Of a stretch of 64,000 bases of DNA, positions 50,323-64,000 are shown piece after piece. Each line of letters starts with the position of its first letter. Positions within the stretch are counted from its first letter, which is position 1. A model generated the notes under the pieces. It was not told the origin of the DNA. It did no database searches and was given only the letters and a program-made list of their open reading frames with translations. The stretch comes from Lingula anatina (Eukaryota; Animalia; Brachiopoda): positions 23,746,001 to 23,810,000 of the forward strand of contig CM120642.1 in assembly GCA_051362555.1 (NCBI GenBank). The letters are read 5' to 3'. Both the position numbers and the translations under genes were made by a program.

Positions 50323-51911
50323 TTCTGCTTTGATATCAATAACAAAGTGATTAATTTACATATATTACACCAAATTGCTACGTTGTCACATGTTGGATAC
50401 TCAGTTAAAGATTTTTTTTAAACCTGCAAAAAGACTTTAAAAAAATGTTAACAGCTTTCAAAGTTGTCCAGCAATATCCGGTAACCAACTAAATTATTCT
50501 TTTAAACATTATTTCAAGTAAACCTTTGGAAAATTAGTGGGTATAATTGATGAGCATATCCTTATAATCGAAGTTGAAGGATATGTAAGTTAGACCGGAA
50601 GCACTTTGCATTTTGGTCCGCTTTTAATCGCATTGTTTTCTTTTTAAACACCCAGTGATCGTATTCAGAAGTCATGTAAATTCTATTATTGAAAATGAAA
50701 ATAGCACTCTTCGTAAAAATGTCACTTTTTTCTTTAAAGTCAAGTAGAGAAAAAGTATTCCTAAAAATACATGTGTGAGGTTTATAGTTTGAACTGGTAA
50801 TCGATGAAAATAATTGGCAACGTTTTTTTCTAGATGATAATAAATTAGTACTTGATTGTTTCCTTTACGATATCAGTAAAATTTATAAAACATAAAAAAT
50901 TAATAGGGATATATACATATACCTGTCTGAAAAGCAACATTACGTAATTCAGATTATATAAGCTTTCATTTGCAATCCCTTGCGGTTAAGTCTATACTTT
51001 ATTACTCAATTCAACGTTTTGAAACTTTTCTTGGAAGTCAAGTTTTGGAAAAAGGAGACAAAGGAGACAAATGTTTTTAAAAATAATTAAAAGTGAATAC
51101 TATACGTTAATTTCCAAAATCTTCCCATCATTTCCAAATCTAATACTACGGTAACATTTCTATGATATAATATTCAAACAAGCGATCTTTCAAAATGAGA
51201 AATTAAAATCTTATCCTATACAAAAAAGTCGTTTTTTTATCAGCCAATCAACATGCGTTAAAAGCTATTTTGAACGTCTCTGACTCATGCTGATTTGCAG
51301 GAAGTATATTTTAAAGGAGGACAGAACATTTTCAGTTGTGAAAAAGATGGAACAATTTCAATTGTAAAAGTGATGAAACGACGGGCAAATAGCATTATAA
51401 AAGCCGTGTGTCAAGTATTTTTTTCAATTGCTGATTTCATAAGAAAGAAATATTTTAACAAAATAAAAAGAGCAAATATAAAAAGTAGACTTCAATGACT
51501 AACTTCAACAACTAAAATCTTTCATGATGATTCAATGAAATACTTTTCTTTATGAATTCTTTGTAATTCCTGTGGTACAATGAAGTTTTGAATTACGCCT
51601 TTTGCAACATCCCTGTAATGACCATTTCAAATGTCAGATTCAAAAAGCGATATGCCGTAATTACGCATTTTAGAGTATCTGATATCTCTCAGAAAAATCT
51701 TTTTAATTTGATTTCTGCTCACATACTGTGATTAATCTAATACAGGAATAAATTGAATTGAATTCATAACCTTCAATCGGAGATTAATAAATAAACAAAT
51801 AACTTGGAAAATGTCATAACTCTCCTGATATTCTAAGTAGAAGCAGTGACATAATGAGGCACTTATACACCCAACGTCTGATCATGGAAAGTCAATTCCC
51901 AGGCCAGAGTT

Positions 51912-51912
<1 letters not shown>

Positions 51913-51965
<53 letters not shown>

Positions 51966-51966
51966 T
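51913..51966. repeat. (TAA)n microsatellite
   Basis: Seen directly; similar tracts at 52651-52693, 54557-54609 and 59394-59418. Confidence 0.95.
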
Positions 51967-52649
51967 TGTTACGCAGATGATAGCATACGACGTACACTAA
52001 AGATTAGGAAACTGTATTGGCCCCACACAAGAAAAATTTTATTTTATCCAATTTATCCAATAAAAAGCTGAATTTGTTTCACTTTGATTACTTCATATTC
52101 CACTAGCCTTCAGCCAGCCTTCGTAATATGATACTTTGATGCATTACAAAAAAGTTATTTGCTTTTGGACTGAGTCAATTTCTATAGTGAACGAGAGATT
52201 TAATACGAAGCACGGTTGCCCATCATACATATAAACAAATTACTTACAGCAGTAATTGTAAAAAAAGTGCTTCAAGACCAGGCCCAAAAGACTACATTAG
52301 CACAAATGAACTGGAGAAAAGGTACACATCTGGGGTCATCTATGACTTGTGTTTGATTATGTCATATATTCTTGATTTAACATTATTCCAGGAAAAAATT
52401 TCTTCAAATAGATAAGAATATTATTTGAATAGATAACAACAATTGTAAAAATCAATAGAAGGCATATCGCCGAAGGGCAGTTCTTTTAAAGATAAAAATG
52501 ACACCCGGTTGACAACAGATGCATCAAATTCACTTTTCTGTTTTGTTATTATTTTTTGATAGTCGTCAGATGTGAGCGCACAGTTGCCAAACACGATGCG
52601 CGTGTTATTCATTTGCTAGTTTATATTTTTTGTTAAGTAACCTGTATTC

Positions 52650-52694
<45 letters not shown>

Positions 52695-53246
52695 TGACGT
52701 CCTTCCACGGGCAAGGATTTGGAATTGCGTTAGTTGTGCTGTGTGCATTTTTCTATTTGTCAAAACGTCGTTCCTAGATGCGGATGTCCAATTTTGCAAT
52801 TAAGACCTCAGCAACTAGACATCCGTTGCAACGGTAGGGACAGTGCCCTCATCCTTAGCACCGTTACCTCTATTTCAGTGAAATCCTGTTTTCCTCTTCC
52901 ACTTGACGTCGATATGTCCATAGTCTCCAAAAGCTTGTTTTGTTGGTATAGTAAAGTTTAGAGTAAAGAAAGACATGGTAGTGCTCATTGCGATCCACAG
53001 ACAATCAGAAAGCTCCGGAAATAAGTTGTTGTTGAACGTCACCTGGAGTCGAGCTAAGAAATAATATTTTTCAAAACATTTCTTTTGATTTTACAAAAAA
53101 ATCCAAAAGGAATCATTTTTTTAAACTATTTTGAATAAATAATACAGTAAAAATAATAAAGTAAATTAATATATATATATATATGTTAATTTACTCTGTA
53201 AATAGTGTTCTGAGGTTTAATGATGCTATTCTGACTAGTTTCTAAA

Positions 53247-53730
53247 CGTGACTTAATCCTTGCCCCTGGGTTCTAGTGGCAGCACTGGCCATCAAAGGTG
53301 AACGAATTTAACTTTTTTGAAAATATACTAAACATCGCTACAGTGTACGAATTATTCCACTTTGAATGCCCATCTTTACGTCCCTTCTTCCTGAGCCATG
53401 GCCTTTTTTTATATTTTCACATTCTATTAAGACAAATAGTTTGGGCTGACTTGCTGATATGGATGGACAATATCACTTGTTACTTAATTTTACTTTCGGT
53501 TTTCCACCAAACGGTGTCCGCTATGCAGCGTGGTCTCTGGTAGCTTATGTGTTCGAGGTTTGCTTTGGCATGAACATCTATCCCCACAGGCTGTTGGTTA
53601 CACTCTGTTTGTATCAAGTGTGCCAGGAATGGTGGTCCTAGGAATGGAAGTCCGGGATCCCAAATGATCAGTGCAGGTTAGGTTGTTGGAGTTTTGGGGT
53701 TAGGACATGGGACAAGTGTCACCTGTGACA
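53247..53730 (-). mobile_element. Degenerate 3' fragment of an RTE-clade LINE
   Basis: Minus strand shows disrupted remnants resembling W-x-W-I-G-H ... W-T-P-x-G-K-R-K ... G-x-P-K, followed by TGATGGCC...AGGGGCAAGGATTAAGTCA, like RTE 3' ends; stops and frameshifts throughout. Confidence 0.5.
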
Positions 53731-54555
53731 TAAACAGTCCTTAAATGTCTCCTGAATGTATAATGTCAGATTTACAATTGACAGAAACAGAAAATGTTAT
53801 TTTTATGCTGTTATTTCCATAAAACATGTTTATTTTTGATATGATTGCCCTTCAAAATAAGAACTACAAGAAATGGCATGTATTAGTATGCAATGCACTC
53901 TTATGACTGCCCTTCAAATTAAATTCAGTCATTTGATACATAAAAATTTAACTTCTGTCCAGTTACATTGCACTTTTGTAATAAACTAAATAATTATTGA
54001 AAAATCCTTGAAAATTAAACTATCGGGCACTACGACATTTTTTGGGGGATAATAAAAGCAGTAATACGCATCCTCCTGTCGTTGATTAGAATACACAGAA
54101 GCTGGTGAAAAAAGAGGGGAGTCAGTCAGTTAATCTGCTTGCATTCAGCAAGAGTCCCCGTGGAGTTAGTGCGCAGTAGCTGGGTCGTTCAAATCATTGT
54201 GCACGGCAACTGTCAAACTGTTGGAGTAAATGAGAATACTTAAGTGACTTAAAGATACTTATGACCACTTGGTGGGTGAAAAATGCAAATGCACAATGTG
54301 CAAAAAACTTCCAGTTTTTTTTTTTTTATCTGAAATACAATTTTTTTTTCTTATAAATATACGCTTATGTTTGATATCGCTCTAAGAGCCGTTAATACCT
54401 CATGTTTTATTGTTAAATACATACCGATGAAAATAAAACTTACATCAATATTTCCAAAGAAACATACTGTTTATTACCATTTATTTTATTATAAATTTAT
54501 CTTATTTTGTTTATTTATTATTTTTCATTAATAATAATAATATTTTAATAATGAG

Positions 54556-54609
<54 letters not shown>

Positions 54610-54853
54610 GCTAGTCGCTAACGTAAGATTAGTACAAGAGTAGTATAAACGTTTGTCCAGGATTGCGGAAATATAAAAATCAAATTTCGATAACCGCTTA
54701 GACTAACTGTATGGGATTTTCTTCGAACAACGGCAGACATTAACTACTAGCAATTATTAACACAACGTCATACTTTAAAAATTGAAACATGAGGCGGTAA
54801 AATTAATGGAGTTTTTTTTTATTTGATAAATTAACTATTCGATAATAAATGCA

Positions 54854-54855
<2 letters not shown>

Positions 54856-54924
<69 letters not shown>
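54856..54924. repeat. Compound (CT)n(CA)n microsatellite
   Basis: Seen directly. Confidence 0.95.
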
Positions 54925-54929
<5 letters not shown>

Positions 54930-56925
54930 AACACAGAATCCTTCTTCCGTCACATTTTGTTCTTGTACAAAATTAACCATCTTTTTATTAGATAAAAAGC
55001 TTCATCAAGAGTAAGTAAATTTTAGTATAAAACTATTGATCTTTGAAAAGCAAGCATTGTTTTCTTTATATATTTCCCTTTGCTTCTTTTTTTCATTTTT
55101 CTTGTGCACAACTTTCCGTCTCTCGCACTACCTTTTCCTATTAACATGTGACTCTTTCGCCAGCTCTGCGTAGTAACCTTGGGCGACATTTGGACATTGA
55201 AATGACCATCAACTTTACCATCTTTGTGGTCACGGCTCCTTCACGCTGAAATGGCCCGTCATAGATGTTCATAAACCCCCACATTATTAACATACTGACC
55301 ACAGCAATGTGATGATAGCTATTTGTCTACTCAATGTCAATAACAACTTTGAGGTAAAGTACATGTTTTGAAAGGAAAATAATTCCTTCATGTCCAAACG
55401 CGGTCATTATCAAATTTCAAAATGAATAAACACAAATTTCAAATGGGAACATTTTATGCGTTTTTGCCAGTAACAAAACTGGGATATGTTAAGATAAGTT
55501 GAGATAAGATAAGAGTTTATTCGGCCAATATATATAGAAGTTAAAAATCCACATATTCAAGGTTACAATATGTAAGGTGAAAGCAACTATTTCAAGAATA
55601 TAGATGCAACAAAGCTCTCGTCTTACATGATGTAAAGATCACCTCTGTTACATCTTAATTTAGAGATAGCAAATCTAATGTGAAACATTTTCTTTGAGAT
55701 AGAAAATTTTAGGGGCCCCAGAAAAATATTGTATTTTCCCCCTTAAAACCCCGCGGGCAGTCCCCACCTTCGTAAAGCGTTATCTACTTTTTTTAAATAA
55801 CGCAGTTGTCACTCCCTCCTGCTTTCAAGCATGTGCTACCCGGCGTCCACCAGTCTCGTGACGATGGCCATCACAAACCCCGATGACCGCTCCCCGACCC
55901 TGATCTATATTGTGGTCTGGTCACCCCAGATGGCCCAGACTTAGCCGTGGCCAGTTACGCCCATGTGTTACCGTCCACTGAGCACGGGTCAAATGCAGTC
56001 TCTCACACGGACAGGGAGTTGTAGATAATTTTTTTATAACAATACGTTTATTATTGCCCATTTTGGATCGGACTTGGAACAAATTTTGATCCACTCTGAG
56101 TATTGTGAAATCTAGAGCGAACCATATTCGCTCTCCAAGCTGTCGCAAATGTGGTGTAACACAGGGTTAAATGATATTAAGATTTGTTAAGGAGCTGCAC
56201 ACCAATGTAAAGATAAATAAATCGATAGATGTGCATTACACAAGGATGATTTTCATAATTTTTATAGTGTAAAGGGCAAAGGGCCCCACAAATTAAGAAA
56301 ACGTGTCATTCTACTGGCGTAATTAAAACTTTGCAATCTGAATCAATCAAAGCTTGGCCTGTATGTTGCGTATTTCCACACCATCTGGCCCCAAGTCGTT
56401 AACAATTGAGCGACATTAACTACCAACTACTTTTGATATATTTATATATATCACATAATGCAACGATTACTTATGCAAAATTACAAACAGCTACAAATCG
56501 TCTTAATGTCTTTTTCCCCGCTACAGTGGGTAAACACTGACCATCTGATAACTGACCATCACTCACTAATCCACCGTCATTGTGGTCAGTTGCTCGCTGG
56601 TCAGATGAAAAATATTTGGTCGGCCGTGTAATGAATTTCTTTATCCACTACCCTGTAAAAATGCCGATCCTTTTGAAGAGGTGGTTTAAAATATGTGATA
56701 AGTGCGGTTTATGTGCTATCGCTAATGTTTTTTATTAAATCTCAGTTTAGGGTTACATGTATTTCTGTAATTATAATTTTGGTTACAAAAGACGAAATAC
56801 GCATCTTTGCATTAGTAAACAACATTTCTCTTGCCCATAAGCATGAAGGACTCTACCCCATCCCAGCCCATTATAGGACCCCTCAAACACACACGCACAA
56901 TCAAACAGACTGGCGCGAGCGCATG

Positions 56926-56930
56926 CACAC

Positions 56931-56968
<38 letters not shown>
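56926..56968. repeat. (CA)n microsatellite
   Basis: Seen directly. Confidence 0.95.
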
Positions 56969-56970
<2 letters not shown>

Positions 56971-58209
56971 AAACGTTCGCAAACAAACACACACAAGCTC
57001 TCATGACACTAATTTTCATATCTATATGAGAATATTTTTTGTAACAATGTAAAATCTTATTTAACGTAAGTCAAAATCTACCAGAATAATTTAATAGTTC
57101 TCACACCGCATCAAACCAAAGCTCTGCGTACTTTTAGGAGCACAAGAGATCTTAAACAATATTGAACGTTCCGCGACATGTCAATACAAAGCCTAGGGTG
57201 ACTGCGGTCAAGGGAAATTTGTGTATCAAAGACGTAATAGTGGTATCTGCGGCTATGTGAATTTTAGTATGTTTGGTCGATGCATAATTTAAGTTAAAAG
57301 ATGAGATTGGCCAACGTCCGTTAAAGCAATGAATCATATTTTTGCCTACTAGGTGAATAATTATTCCATGTACCACGTCGAATTGATTTCCACCTGCATA
57401 AGTAAATCATTATATGTGTTTCTTTCAAGTTGATCCAGTAAAACATAAGGTAGAGCACGTGCTTTTTTTTTTTTTTTTTTTGCTACATACAGTTCACACA
57501 GAAGTTGTATGCCTAAAAATCACCTAGCAATTCTGGTACTATTTGTTTTAGTAATACATTAAATATTAAATATATCTTTGCACCAATTTTAACTTTTTTC
57601 AAATCTAAACATTAAATATTTCCGTTACCGATGTGCAGACTCGTCTTTCTATTGTAACAATAACCTTATAAATTCTTTGACAACATCGCCTTGTATCAGT
57701 AACAAAGGATGAATCTTTATTTATATTATTTTCTGGGCTTATTTTATGGTGTTACTTGTTACAAACGTGTAAAATACACGTGCAAAACTTAGAATAACAA
57801 TAGCAAATAGGATATGCAGTTTAGTTCCTTGTTCATTTCGTTTTAATAATGTTCCTGCATGAAATTCATAAATTTGAGTTTTTCAGTCACGGTCGATCTT
57901 TATCAGATTAACCCCCGCCTTTTTTCGCTTAGCATCATAATGTCTACGATCAAAACACAGTGAGTTAAAGATATTCGGTCACTTTCGGTCATACTCGGTG
58001 ATATACGGCCAACCCGCGTGCTAGGGGTTACTTCATACATAAATATAAAGTTAAGCACAGTGACAATACTTCGCTTTGTGGCATCATAAACCGCGGCAAA
58101 AAGACACACAGCGTCGGTAACAGATACCGCAGACTAAGCTGTTGTAGTTAGAAGTTTATTGTTCACCGGTCACTCAAAACCAGCAAGTGGTCTACATCAG
58201 GCTCGTAAG

Positions 58210-58285
58210 ATGTCCGTCGATAATAACGAAGTGGACAGTGGGCAGCGGAGTGAGAAGACAGCACAGCTGGACATTCAATATTCAG
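58210..58285 (+). CDS. Probable first coding exon of an unidentified gene continuing rightwards
   Basis: AAGATG start, MSVDNNEVDSGQRSEKTAQLDIQYS, strong donor CAG|gtgag, inside a CpG-richer island (57.9-58.4 kb); no downstream exon identified. Confidence 0.5.
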
Positions 58286-61136
58286 GTGAGACGAAGTGAC
58301 GGCGCGCAGCGCGAACATTTAGAGTGCAGCGCACGTGTGTTGTCCGTTAATGACGTACACAATTCTACGTGCGTACTTTAATGTGTACTTCGTATGTGTT
58401 AAAGCAATGCGCGGATCTAAACAAACCTTTGAATTCGTTTAAGCTATAAAAAGACGGACTTACAGTGTCGACCGTCTGAGGTTGTTATTTAATAGACATA
58501 TATGTGACAAATATGGGTAAAGACTTTGATACACGGTCAGGTGTTGGGGGAAAATCTACCATAAAGGTTACACATAGAGCTTACATGATCATCCTCGAGG
58601 GGAGTCTAAGCTATTTGTAAAATGTGTGCTTTGTCTGTGAAAGCGTTTAAATTTAGACCTAATGCTTTTTTTAACTCTTTGCTTCCCTGTAACGCATGAA
58701 AAATGTCTCTTCACAGCGTGGGATGGAATGGGTTTAATTGGTTTCCAAATATTGTAGTGGCGAAGTCAAATATTTTTAGTAATGGGTTTTATACTTCAAT
58801 GGTAAATGAATGTTCCGCGTAGAAAATGCTACTAAAGAAATCAAAGGATGTCAAGTCAAAGTGTAGTTAACCAGAGCTCATAAATGTAAGCACAAATGCC
58901 CAATAAAGTATTTTTGATCTCTAGAAATATTAGATGATATTAAGGTAATGAAATTTCATTTTGCAAAGTCAAGCATTCGAAATTAATACCAAAGTTACTT
59001 CGTAACCATGGTTTTATCTTGAAAATGCGGCAAACATTTTGTCTTAATTTACTCACATGAAAGATTATTTCTTACCTAATTGTGTTGGATTTAATGATTT
59101 TAATCGTATCTGTAACTAAAGAACATATCTGTAACTAAAGAATCACTATTTAAAAATAACGACTCGTTAGTCACAGACATGTTCTATGGTGAACCCGAGC
59201 GTGAACTTCGTATTCTTTTTCATATTTGATAAAAATTCAAAATGCAAACTCAAACTCAAGCAATTTGTTTGAGAGCGGAACGTTCACTTTGATTTTTAAT
59301 TTTTAGCATGCAATTTTTTTTTAGCATTTTAGAAAACCTTTTGTGATACGTTTTTCTTGATTTTCCAAAGGAAAACGTTGGCCAATCATGCCATTATTAT
59401 TATTATTATTATTATTATACTCAAAGGATTCAAATCACAGACTTAGCATGATTGACTTGAGTTATCAAAAATTAAACTCAATTCGAAAAATGTACCCATG
59501 TTACTTCTGCAGCTGATTCAGAACAATTTTTGCAATTTTCCATTTGAAAAATCTCGGAAAAGAGACCCTTTTCTCAAAAATAATGCTGATAGTTTTTAAA
59601 ACATTTCGAAGTCCATCGACCCTACAAACCGGTAGGTGTTGAAGGTTTTTTTTACTGTTGTTGTGTTGCATGCTATCTATTAAAACGCAAACAACTATTT
59701 AATTAGACCAAATCAGAAAGATGTGGTATAGCGCCTCGTTTTTAAATCGTCTTTCTAACAAATATTGTAACTGAGAGTTTGAGATCCTGTTTGGACTTTT
59801 AACCAATTTTGTATTGAGAAATTGATTATTATTGAGCGTTGCAAATTTGGTGACATACCATAATAACCGTGATGGCCTTTTTACTGTAAAACATCGCCTA
59901 AATGGAATCTATAGAGATTACATAACCAATTTCGTTGATCTATTTTAGATGCCAATTAGACTTAATTTTTTTGTAATATTTGGTTATATTTATGATTGGT
60001 TTCTTGCACGAAAAAATGTGCTTTTTGATTACAAACTTAATCTAAATAAATTGGAAACGATCTAATACGTGAGAGGCATTCTTTTACAATATACTTACGT
60101 GGGATTAATGAGTCGCTTAATCAATATTTCATTACCTAGAAAATGAACTGAAATCAAATTTATCCTCGTTCAAAAGGATCTTGTGAATGTGATTTCTTCC
60201 AAGAGTTGCAGGAATAACTGATTGGTAAACACGAGGCTTACTTTGTGTTTCCTGAGAAATAAAATTGAAAAGAAGCAGTTTTGGGTACCTTCTTGTTTTA
60301 TTTTTCTTATTTTTCTATTTTTGCACCATAATTTAAAAAAGGAGTAATTATTTGCAGCCCTTTTTTCGGACGTGTCTTCGACTGCTGCTAATAAATAAGG
60401 ACATATCCGTGAACGTGAAATTGCAATTTATGCAAATGTCCCATTGTACTGAGTAGACTGGTCAAAAACACCCATCGCTTAAAACCTACATGATTAGAAT
60501 TGACAAGTTTAAAAGAACGTTTATGTTTATGGTTCATAAGTGAATGTCGTACCAGCGAGTGCCGCGAGAGAAGTCGATAAATTTTTCAACTGTTAAGGTG
60601 CACTCGAGTGGGAGGAGCTTGTCTCTCAAATTCCACTTTGAGACTTCGTTACGTGACTACGCTTTTGTGACCTTCTGGTATGCCTTAGCTCCAACCGCGG
60701 CTCAAAATTAACTTTTTTTGGTTCAATGACTATTAATTTATTACCCGGAAGCAAAATTTGCTCATTACTCTCTTAAGTAGAACAAAATTATTCGGTTCCA
60801 TTTCTGAAACCGATGTTTTACAAGAAATAGACGTTTCGACGTTTCGAAATTTGGCAATTTAAATTCGATAGTGATTGCTGATTACATATACTTTGAATGT
60901 TTATTTCTTGACATTTGGATCACTAATATCCTTGCATGTAATTGCTAATTTGATAACCACACCCTTAAAGATTTTAATTTTGTGTTAGACACAAGAAAAA
61001 GATTATATATCTTCGGCAATTTTTTAAAGGTTATGAACACACAATAATCTGCCAAGAACTTAAATATTCGATTTCATTCACCTATGAAAGATACACAAAA
61101 TCTTGAAAAAATAAAAATCCAAGAAACTATACCTCA

Positions 61137-61137
<1 letters not shown>

Positions 61138-61179
<42 letters not shown>
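61138..61179. repeat. (TG)n microsatellite
   Basis: Seen directly. Confidence 0.95.
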
Positions 61180-61180
<1 letters not shown>

Positions 61181-64000
61181 GGTTCAATCATATGCTTTCA
61201 ATTTTTTAAAAATGACAGGGAAGGGAAAAGCTAAGGTTGCTTTCATACAATTGCTCATATCATTTAAATTGCAACTATTGCAACTATTTTAGTTAATTTA
61301 TTTATCTAACGATAGCTGACTTATGGGAAATATAGACAGAAACATAACAAATACTATAACTTAAAAACGAAGTCCCATTCTCAGGACCCTGCTTCCATCC
61401 AGCTCTTTGGGGACTGCAAATCAGTAATGACGTTTCAAAAAAATGCTGACGTGGTCGTATTTGATTGGTCCAGCCGTGCCAGAGTTGATTCCAAATTTCA
61501 TTACATTACAAGTTGTTCTCATCTCGAGCTTGTGAAAGAGGGTTGGGTGTTGCTGACATCCAAGTGCAATGTAACGCATACTTTCGGTTGTCCAATTAAC
61601 TCTTGGCATTACACCATCCACCGGGGTTGGTACGATATGGCACTGAATTAAACATTCAAAAGTGGGCTTGACATTGAAGAGCAGATTAAAATTGAGTAAA
61701 CACTCAAAATGTGATTTATTGCTCTGGAAGATATTTCTGATTTATGACTTATTCCGAGTAAGTAATTGCGTAAAGATTTTTAATGTGTGAAATATGTTCT
61801 AATAACTCATGGGAGTGCTTGTCTCCAAAAGAAAATACTTCGTCTCTAAAAGTAGGGTTTCTTTGCCACCACATTCTTCGGTTTCATCGACTCATTTGTG
61901 AAACTGTCGTTAATCTTTCTTGCGAACGTAAAAATTATAAGGGAGCTTTTTTTAGTAATATTTGTGGAGAAAATAAATCAGAAGGGATATTTCGGTTGGA
62001 TATAGTGGGCAACGGGAAAAAGTGTATATTGTAGCTAAAAAAAATACAAATATCTACATACCAATGTTGCAATAAAATTCAGTTTGGAAATTTATAGACA
62101 TTCAGTTTGTCCAAAATGGATTGTTTTTATTTCTGCTTTCTTTTCACGAATCTTTTGAGTTGAATTAAATACCAGTTAAATTTGTCATAATACAGAAAAC
62201 GTGGCTAAATAAAAAAAAAAGATACTTAGGATTTTTTTTTCTCCTTAGCTGCGATCGAAACTTAAACTGTTTTGTGGTTTTGTAGTACATGTCATGGAAT
62301 TAATTGTCCATTTGAGGTTTTCTAAAGTTTAAGTATTCAACTCCGAGACGTTCACCTGGTATATGCGTGCACTTGGCGTAGGTTTATGTACTTTTAAATC
62401 ATGGCTGTGGTTATGCACCGTGTGTCTTACTTTCGTCCACTAAAATTGTGTAAATCAGAGTTTTTTTACAATATCCAACCAACGCCGAGTTAAAATTGAG
62501 ATACCGTTTGTTTGACGTATTTAGAATAATTTAATAAATGCTTCTAAGCCCATTTCAACGAGTCGCCAATTATGAAGAATTGAAGATATCAACCGTTATT
62601 GCTGATACAGGTGTAAATATGTATAATTATGATTAGCCGAAACAAGAGAGAATAAAAGAAAGGGAAAGAAACTAATGACTGCCAAGCATCTGTGTAGATA
62701 ATTGAAATAAATACATTTAATCATGTCAAAAATAGCATGATATTATGTATGGCATAAGCAACCGGTAAGGAGCAATTTTCAAACGATCTCAGCAGCATTT
62801 ATTGTTAAAACTTTCATTTATTCATATCTGATTTTTCTGTCAAACACAAGAAAAACGTTAGTTGCCCTAGGTAATATTTCTAAGATCATAATGTCGCAAG
62901 AACTTAAATGGTCATATTTTTTTCTTTGTCAAATGTATTAAAATATTTTGGATGTGTTTATTGGGTAAATAACCATACATATATATGTATAAGTAACATA
63001 GGTGGCTTTTGCCACTTAAAAAAATCATTGACCAGTTTGAACTTTGTCGCTTAAAATGCTCCTGATTTTTAGGCAAAGTTCTCTACAAAAGAGAAGGCGA
63101 GAAAGATTAATTAAATTATATGAGCTCCACTTATCTTTCCTTTCAACTCGTTATTTTATCAGCTTCTTGATATATTTTGAAAATTATATAATATTCTACT
63201 AAACTACAAATCTGTGTTCATTTTACAATGTTTTTGTATATGTACAGTAATAGTATATATACATATACTATACATATACAAAACATTGTATATGTACAGT
63301 ATATAATCTATAAAATCTTGACGTGTGTCATGGTGTATTCTGAAAAAAAAAGATAATATGTATATTTTTGGAAGGGGATGGGCGAAGATGAAATATGACA
63401 AAGGGATATGTATGCCTATTCAAGTCAAGGGTGGCGTCCATCTTTTCCTCAAAGCAAGATTTCTAGCCCAGATAAGTAAGGGTTGTTGACTCTTATTTAA
63501 CCTGGGAAATGTCCGTAATTTTTTTTTAATTTAGCGCGCGCGATATTCCTTTTCAAAGACAGCGGAGGAAGGTTTTTATCATCAAAATAAACGGCGCTTT
63601 TGTGAGTGATTATGAGTTAACATAAATCTGTCACTTTTACTTATTTCAACTAATCCGATTGTAAAAAAAATTAAGCAAATAAAAAGCACAAAAAATGGAG
63701 ATAACTCAAGGAGGCAAATGATAATGGCAGGGGATGTCTCTGGCCCTCTATTTGTGACTGATAACCATCGGATGACTTAGATTTGCCATATCAACAACTC
63801 TATCTGTATTGGTTGTAAATTTAAAAAAAAAAATACCAGAGAGATCAAGATTAAGCTTGGAGGGCCACAGTATCATGTGATGACGATGAATTCCGTTCTG
63901 GCGGAACTAATTTCTATTTACAAAAAAAAAACTATTTTGGATACAATGATTGATCGAGGGGGTAAAAAGGACAGATGGGAGTTTCCATTAAGATAAAACT

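Noticed and set aside
52868-52880. In-frame TGA as selenocysteine
   Set aside because: Further TAG/TAA stops in the same frame and no SECIS seen.
61421-61651. Short ORFs as the second exon of the 58210 gene
   Set aside because: No convincing phase-compatible acceptor/donor pair or domain similarity.

Overview
AT-rich, intron-containing animal DNA, probably from an invertebrate (a lophotrochozoan is a guess); no prokaryotic operons or CRISPR arrays. Splicing by eye gives four protein-coding genes. (1) Minus strand, a Gly/Met/Gln-rich protein with a matrin-type C2H2 finger (Matrin-3/ZNF638/RBM20-like); 7 coding exons lie in the window and it runs off the left edge. (2) SAPCD2 on the plus strand, 6 coding exons, about 457 aa, head-to-head with gene 1. 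(3) Minus strand, two coding exons, CARD + 2 B-box + coiled coil + NHL-like propeller, about 645 aa: a RING-less TRIM-NHL with a death-fold N-terminus and a consensus NF-kB site upstream. (4) A condensation/alcohol-acetyltransferase-type acyltransferase, 485 aa, with an uninterrupted CDS. A probable first coding exon of a fifth gene lies at 58.2 kb. Introns and intergenic DNA hold many non-autonomous elements: two HINE/pearl-like elements with ~160-bp arrays, a 2.5-kb foldback element, several MITEs (TTAA, CTG, TA and 5-bp TSDs), an RTE-like LINE remnant and microsatellites. The most notable item is the pyrin-analogous CARD-TRIM-NHL gene. Family assignments rest on motif recognition only; no searches were run.
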